Shown here in pieces: positions 58,773 to 64,000 of a DNA stretch of 64,000 bases. Position 1 is the first letter of the stretch. Every line of letters starts with the position of its first letter. Source of the stretch: Candidatus Bathyarchaeia archaeon (GTDB taxonomy: Archaea; Thermoproteota; Bathyarchaeia; Bathyarchaeales; Bathycorpusculaceae); NCBI GenBank assembly GCA_038882955.1, contig JAVZNC010000001.1:64001-128000 (forward strand). The letters run 5' to 3'. The notes below the pieces were generated by a model. That model searched no databases. It saw only the letters and a program-made list of their open reading frames with translations, and was not told where the DNA came from. Position numbers and translations under genes: made by a program.

Positions 58773-60455
58773 GTGAAAGGCTGGACGGGACATTTGCCTA
58801 AGAAATTTGTTGAAACTTTAGATAGGCTTTCAGCGCGAATGACTGTTAAGTATGTAGTTTACTTGATTGCCGTTGTTTTGTTTTTTGCGCTGATTTTGTT
58901 GCCGCCAATACTTGGAATAGTGATTAAATGGGGTTCAATTCAACAAGTCTTAGATCAACCAGAAATTGTGGCGAGGGCGCTTAATGCGATTCAAAATTCG
59001 TTTATAATAGCCCTGCTTGTTTCCGCCGTTGATGTGCTCGCTGGACTTCCCATGGCGTGGCTTGTAGCCCGAGGAAAATCGAAATGGCTTAACGTGCTTG
59101 ACACCTTATGCGACATACCGTTCATTGTGCCAACGGCAGCCCTTGGCTATTCACTTTTACTGTTTTGGAGCTACCCAAACGGGATATCGACACTTTTTGG
59201 GGGTTCCCTAATATCGGAGGGCTGGCTCCTTGTCGTGCTGCTTCACTTCACATTCTCTTATCCAGTTGTTGTCAGAGTAATCGTTGGAGCGTTGCTTGAC
59301 TACAAAATGGAATATGAGCAAGCTTCAAGAACCCTCGGGGCACCACCGTTCATAGCTGCTAGGACGGTCACACTTTCGATAATTAAGCCCTCGTTGATAG
59401 CGGCCTTCATACTCGCATTTTCAAGGTCAATTTCCGAAACAGGCGCTACAATGATGGTTGCAGGAACGTTTGAAAATGGCCCAGTCTTTATTCAGAACAT
59501 GAAAAACTATTTTTCAGAAACTAATCCAGCGCTTTATGAAGGTGCAACAGTCCTAGCAAGCTTCATACTAATCGCTGTGTCATGTACAATCTTTGCCATA
59601 ATCCGTGCAGTGGGACCAAAACTAAAAATGCCAGTAAAGAAAGTTTGGCCATCCATCGAACGAAAGTTAAGTTACACGTCTGCCGCATCAATAAGAAACA
59701 CTGTAACGCTGGCGGTTTTTCTGATAATAATTCTTATTCCATCACTTTTTGTTGCATTTCCAGCTTTTCAAGCAGTTTTCACGCCTACATTGTGGGATGC
59801 GCTTTCTGGGACAAGCGAACACTGGAATGTCTATTGGCAGAGCATAGTTCTTTCATATTCTGTTGGGGCTGTTGCGACACTTCTGAACGTTGTTATGGGT
59901 TTGCCAGTGGCTATAATGATTGCGAGGAAAAAGTTTGGAACGTTAGTTTCAACATTGCTGGATGTGCTTGTGAACATTCCAATCGTTGTGCCATCAATAG
60001 CCTTAGGCGTTTCTTTAAAGTTCTTTTGGAAAGAAACCGTCCAGTTTATTCCGGACTTATGGCTTTTAATTTTTGCGCATTTGGCAATAACTTACCCGTA
60101 TTTTGTGAGAGCGATGGCGGCGGCTGTTGAGAGGATAAGCATAGAGTTGGAGGATGCCTCAAGAACCTTGGGAGCTAAGCCATTAGGCGTTTTTAGAACG
60201 ATTATACTGCCATTAACCAAGTACTCCATGTTTTCTGGAGCCATAATGGTTTTCACGAGAAGCGTTAGCGAAACTGGCGCCACGTTAGCCGTCACTTCGC
60301 TTAAAACAGCGCCTGTTGTGCTTGTTGATTGGGTTAAGGGCAAAGTTTCAGTTACACCATTAGAAATAGGTTTGGGATGCGGTTTTTTGGTATTATTTTC
60401 TTTCATAATTCTTTTAGCTTTAAGACTCGCCGTTAAGGGGAAGGGAAGATACTAG
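58773..60455 (+). CDS. Tandem-fused ABC permease (iron/thiamine/oxyanion class)
   Basis: Two EAA loops (EQASRTLGA, EDASRTLGA) and two RS.SETGAT motifs. Confidence 0.88.
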   Translation: MKGWTGHLPKKFVETLDRLSARMTVKYVVYLIAVVLFFALILLPPILGIVIKWGSIQQVLDQPEIVARALNAIQNSFIIALLVSAVDVLAGLPMAWLVARGKSKWLNVLDTLCDIPFIVPTAALGYSLLLFWSYPNGISTLFGGSLISEGWLLVVLLHFTFSYPVVVRVIVGALLDYKMEYEQASRTLGAPPFIAARTVTLSIIKPSLIAAFILAFSRSISETGATMMVAGTFENGPVFIQNMKNYFSETNPALYEGATVLASFILIAVSCTIFAIIRAVGPKLKMPVKKVWPSIERKLSYTSAASIRNTVTLAVFLIIILIPSLFVAFPAFQAVFTPTLWDALSGTSEHWNVYWQSIVLSYSVGAVATLLNVVMGLPVAIMIARKKFGTLVSTLLDVLVNIPIVVPSIALGVSLKFFWKETVQFIPDLWLLIFAHLAITYPYFVRAMAAAVERISIELEDASRTLGAKPLGVFRTIILPLTKYSMFSGAIMVFTRSVSETGATLAVTSLKTAPVVLVDWVKGKVSVTPLEIGLGCGFLVLFSFIILLALRLAVKGKGRY

Positions 60456-60526
60456 TATGCCTAATATAGCGCTTAAATTATACATTCTCTCTTACGCTGG
60501 TTTAGGCTTAGGCGAAGTGAAGGAGC

Positions 60527-61630
60527 ATGCCTGAAGTCCGCCTCGTCAACGTTACAAAAAGGTTTGGAAAGATAGTTGCCGTTGACAACGTCAGCCTCCA
60601 CATTTACGACAGAGAGTATTTTTCGCTTTTGGGTCCAAGCGGTTGTGGAAAGACCACGCTTCTGCGGCTTATCGCAGGGTTAATTCAGCCAGATGAAGGC
60701 GAAATCTACATTGGAGACAGACTGGTCAACGATGTGCCGCCAGAGGATAGGGACATAGGCTTTGTTTTCCAGACGTTTGCTCTTTTCCCGCATATGACTG
60801 CTTGGGACAATGTGACTTATGGTCCGCGAGTGAAGGGGTTTGACATGAGGAAGGCTGAAACTATTGGGCATGAGGTGCTTGAGATGGTTAGGCTTCATGA
60901 GCGTTTGGACGCTTTTCCACACGAGTTAAGCGGTGGGATGATGCAGCGAATAGCCGTTGCAAGAGCATTAGCTGCTGGAGCAAAACTGCTACTTCTAGAC
61001 GAGCCTTTAGGACAGTTGGACGCCAAAGTTAGGAATGAGTTACGCTATGAGATAAGGAGAATGGCAAAAGATTTAGAGTTGACAGCCATACACGTAACGC
61101 ATGACCAATCAGAGGCAATGGCTATCTCCGATAGAATCGCCGTTATGAAGAAGGGGAAGGTTTTGCAGGTTGGCACTCCTTCAGAGCTTTACCTAAACCC
61201 GCAGAACATATTTGTGGCTCATTTTATTGGAGAGTCGAACTTTCTCGAAGGATACGTTTCAGACACGCGTGAAAAAGCAGCCACCATAGAGCTTCGGGGC
61301 GGGATAAAAGTACAAGCGCTTAACAGAGGCGTAAGCAAAGGCGAGAGAGCGCTTTTAGCAGTAAGACCAGAAGCATTCACTGTCAAGAAAGGGGAGAACA
61401 AGGAGAAAAATGCCATGCTGGGTGTGATTGAGAGAATTACTTTTGAGGGAACAAATATAAGGTATGATGTCAGACTTGAAAATCAAGACTCCATAGTTGT
61501 AGTTAAGCCATCAATGACGGAAGAGTGGTTTAACATGGGAGAAAAAGTAACTGTGACCTTCCCATCGGAAAAAGCGTATGCATTCATGTATCCAGAGGTT
61601 GGCTTGAAGGAGGAAATATCTGTTGAGTGA
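60527..61630 (+). CDS. ABC ATPase (PotA/FbpC class, TOBE domain)
   Basis: GPSGCGKT, LSGGM, LLDEP, THDQ. Confidence 0.92.
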   Translation: MPEVRLVNVTKRFGKIVAVDNVSLHIYDREYFSLLGPSGCGKTTLLRLIAGLIQPDEGEIYIGDRLVNDVPPEDRDIGFVFQTFALFPHMTAWDNVTYGPRVKGFDMRKAETIGHEVLEMVRLHERLDAFPHELSGGMMQRIAVARALAAGAKLLLLDEPLGQLDAKVRNELRYEIRRMAKDLELTAIHVTHDQSEAMAISDRIAVMKKGKVLQVGTPSELYLNPQNIFVAHFIGESNFLEGYVSDTREKAATIELRGGIKVQALNRGVSKGERALLAVRPEAFTVKKGENKEKNAMLGVIERITFEGTNIRYDVRLENQDSIVVVKPSMTEEWFNMGEKVTVTFPSEKAYAFMYPEVGLKEEISVE

Positions 61631-62282
61631 ACTAATAAAATGGTTTGAGAAAAGAAGAGAATCAAAGGCGTTAGCAACTATACAACGGCACCTAGCCCTA
61701 ACAACGGGCATAGTTGAGGATTTAGAGAAAGCTATAAGGGCGGCGATAAAAGGAGACGCTAAAGAGATGCAAGTTTGCATCGACAGAGTGACAAGCAGTG
61801 AGAGAGAAGCGGATGCGCTTCGGAGAAAAGTTATGGATGAAATTTCAAAGGGAGAACTGTCGCCAGCAGATAGGGCTGACCTAATGGATTTAGTCAAGAG
61901 GGTTGACATGGTTGCGGACTGGAGCAGGGAATCAACAAGAGTTTTAGGTGCAATACCGATGGAGCAATTGCCAATTTCAATTAAAGAGGAGTTTATTGAA
62001 ATGGTTAAAAGCGTTAAAGGCTGCGCAATTTCGCTTCAGAAATGCGTAAATAAAATGATGGTTAAGCCAGAAGAAGCGCTCCAAGCAGCAGACGAAGTTG
62101 AACGGGAAGAGGAAAGGGTTGATGATTTACATGAGAAGGCTAGAAAACTTCTCGGCAAGGAAGAATTTCCAAAGGTTGGCATAGCTATTTTGGTAAGTCA
62201 GCTTTTCGAAGCTATAGAGATGATTGCAGATGCGTGTGAGGATGCATGCGACCAAGTTAGGGTCATCATGGTTAGAAAGTGA
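61623..62282 (+). CDS. DUF47/PhoU-like phosphate transport regulator
   Basis: EREAD..RR, D.VAD, EE..D and E.IAD..ED repeats. Confidence 0.88.
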   Translation: MSELIKWFEKRRESKALATIQRHLALTTGIVEDLEKAIRAAIKGDAKEMQVCIDRVTSSEREADALRRKVMDEISKGELSPADRADLMDLVKRVDMVADWSRESTRVLGAIPMEQLPISIKEEFIEMVKSVKGCAISLQKCVNKMMVKPEEALQAADEVEREEERVDDLHEKARKLLGKEEFPKVGIAILVSQLFEAIEMIADACEDACDQVRVIMVRK

Positions 62283-62293
62283 GGTGAAAAACG

Positions 62294-62572
62294 ATGGTTA
62301 AAGTGAAAGTTGATGTTTCAGAGTTGAAGGCTGAAGGAGGCGGCGTGATTAAGGAGCTTGCAGATTTTTTGAAAGAGAAAACGAAGGCGAATGTTGAAAC
62401 GCTAACAGACGCCATAAGCGTTGAGGGAGACGCCATCTCTAGAAAACACTTGCGAGTACTGCTCAAAAAGTTCCTACATCAAATCGAGCTTAAAGACTAT
62501 TACAGAGTTATAGGCGGTGCGGAGAACTCCCTAATTATCAAAGGAAAGAAAATCTCTGAAGAGGAAGAATAA
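62294..62572 (+). CDS. Ribosomal protein eL22-like
   Basis: SRKHLRVLLKKFLH..ELKDYYRVI matches the eukaryotic eL22 core SKRYLKYLTKKYLKK..LRDWLRVV; acidic tail; GAGGTG SD. Confidence 0.72.
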   Translation: MVKVKVDVSELKAEGGGVIKELADFLKEKTKANVETLTDAISVEGDAISRKHLRVLLKKFLHQIELKDYYRVIGGAENSLIIKGKKISEEEE

Positions 62573-62577
62573 TCAAG

Positions 62578-63000
62578 CTATCGTTTTTTGGATTCCTCAC
62601 GCCTTCTCTTCGAAAATTCCTCTTGAACCTTTAACACGTAGTTTCTTGCATTGCGAACCTTTCCATAGGCATCCGAAAATTTTCCATCTTTGATAAGGGT
62701 TTCGGCATTTTTCAAAAAGTGGCTCGCACTTGCAAGTACTTGGTTAAGTTCAACTTTTTTGGGGTCAGGGTCTGATTTCAGCTTAGAAGCCACGTCATCT
62801 TGTATGATCATGGAGAATAAGAAAAGTGCGTATTCGAGTTCCGCAACAACATGCCAAACGTTTTTGGCGAACGCGTCATAATCTTTCTTGTTTAATGCTT
62901 CTATTGAGTTTTCTAGGTAACTTAGGGCTGATGTTATTGCTGTTGTCACTTTATTGTTAATGTCCATCGTCATCGACTCGCTTTTGCACACGTACACCAA
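62578..63000 (-). CDS. Hypothetical alpha-helical protein
   Basis: 140-aa ORF, all-helical character. Confidence 0.7.
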   Translation of the reverse strand: MVYVCKSESMTMDINNKVTTAITSALSYLENSIEALNKKDYDAFAKNVWHVVAELEYALFLFSMIIQDDVASKLKSDPDPKKVELNQVLASASHFLKNAETLIKDGKFSDAYGKVRNARNYVLKVQEEFSKRRREESKKR

Positions 63001-63011
63001 TTTATATATTT

Positions 63012-63935
63012 TTATTCCTTTTGTCTGGCGATAAAAACAATACCAAGCAAAACTAGAAATGCTCCAAAAACTGTTAGGTGCGTGGGAACCTCTTGAAAAA
63101 GTGCTACGCCAAGCAAAGTTGCGCCTACCGGTTCAAGCAACGCGATTGTTGCAGCTTCGAAGGATTTTAGGTTCGAAAGCGAAGAGAAATATAATGTGTG
63201 TGCTACCGCTGTTGGAATTAAACCCAAACCGAACAGGGGAAAAGTAACATTAACGTTTGTAGGCGCGGATAATGCTCCCATAAAAAAGCCAAGGAAAAGC
63301 GCTAATAATGCAGCAAAAAAGTATATTGGCACAATTGACGTGGATAAGTCGGTTTTACCTCGGAGAACTTTGCCATAATTCAGGTAGAAGGCTATGAGCA
63401 AAGCAGCAAAAGCAGCTTCTAAATCGCCCTTTAAAGTCGGCGAAACACTTGCTGATTGAAAACTTGGCGTTTCAGCATAAGCAATCAAACAGACGCCTAT
63501 AAATGAGACTATTAAGCTTAAAATTGTGAGGCGTGATGGCTTGAGCCTAAAAGCGAACACCGAGATAATCATGGAAAACATTGGCGTTGTGTTAACGAGA
63601 ACTGTGGCGTTTAGTATTGTTGTGTCCTTCACAGCAGACGTGAAAAATATAAAGTGTAAGCTAAGGAAAAAGCTGAGAACTAAAATTTCTCGTAGGTTTT
63701 TCCTTACTAGGTTAAAATTGAGTGGGGCATGGAAAATGAAGGCTATCGCTAGTAGCGCTAGGCTTGCGATGAGTAAACGCCAGAAGGTTATGGAAAACGC
63801 GTCTAACCCTACAAGAAAGCGTGTAAAGATGGCGGATGTCCCAAAGAGGACTCCAGCAGCTATGCCTTCAGCCATAGCCTTATCTCTTGTTTTAACGCAC
63901 ATGCTCGCGCCCTTTTTCGCTCTGCTTTTGTGCAA
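63012..63935 (-). CDS. EamA/DMT-family transporter
   Basis: About 10 TM; FWRL, GDL, LLEPVGATLLG..LFQE. Confidence 0.9.
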   Translation of the reverse strand: MHKSRAKKGASMCVKTRDKAMAEGIAAGVLFGTSAIFTRFLVGLDAFSITFWRLLIASLALLAIAFIFHAPLNFNLVRKNLREILVLSFFLSLHFIFFTSAVKDTTILNATVLVNTTPMFSMIISVFAFRLKPSRLTILSLIVSFIGVCLIAYAETPSFQSASVSPTLKGDLEAAFAALLIAFYLNYGKVLRGKTDLSTSIVPIYFFAALLALFLGFFMGALSAPTNVNVTFPLFGLGLIPTAVAHTLYFSSLSNLKSFEAATIALLEPVGATLLGVALFQEVPTHLTVFGAFLVLLGIVFIARQKE

Positions 63936-64000
63936 ATCACATTTATACGTTTGTTTCTAAAAAGGAAAAGAAGCTGGAAGGTGAAAACTGTGAACACTGA

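Overview
Archaeal chromosomal segment, most consistent with Bathyarchaeia (TACK): single fused RpoA, single RpoB, eL22-like ribosomal protein, BHB-intron tRNA. The flanks are mostly housekeeping: ftsZ, a hinge-less SMC5/6-like ATPase with kleisin-like and KITE-like partners, rpoB-rpoA-rpl30e-nusA, tRNA-Leu(CAA), nadA, a NikR-controlled nickel uptake operon, thioredoxin, DNA ligase and ABC transporters. The centre (about 25.9-55.3 kb) holds the most unusual feature, a cellulosome-like cohesin-dockerin surface system. I recognise by motif 8 cohesin-like modules in 5 genes (three membrane-anchored, one tri-cohesin plus dockerin adaptor, one unanchored) and 6 dockerins in 5 genes. The dockerin cargo is not glycoside hydrolases. 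It is an oligopeptide-binding ABC receptor, divergent from its own dppBCDF operon, and a putative papain-fold/C39-like cysteine peptidase, which suggests a protein-scavenging scaffold. Six of these genes share a 15-bp palindrome (TGGAA-N5-TTCTA) at a fixed 5-nt distance from their TATA-like boxes, and an Lrp/AsnC gene sits at the cluster edge. All domain calls come from visual motif recognition; no database searches were run.
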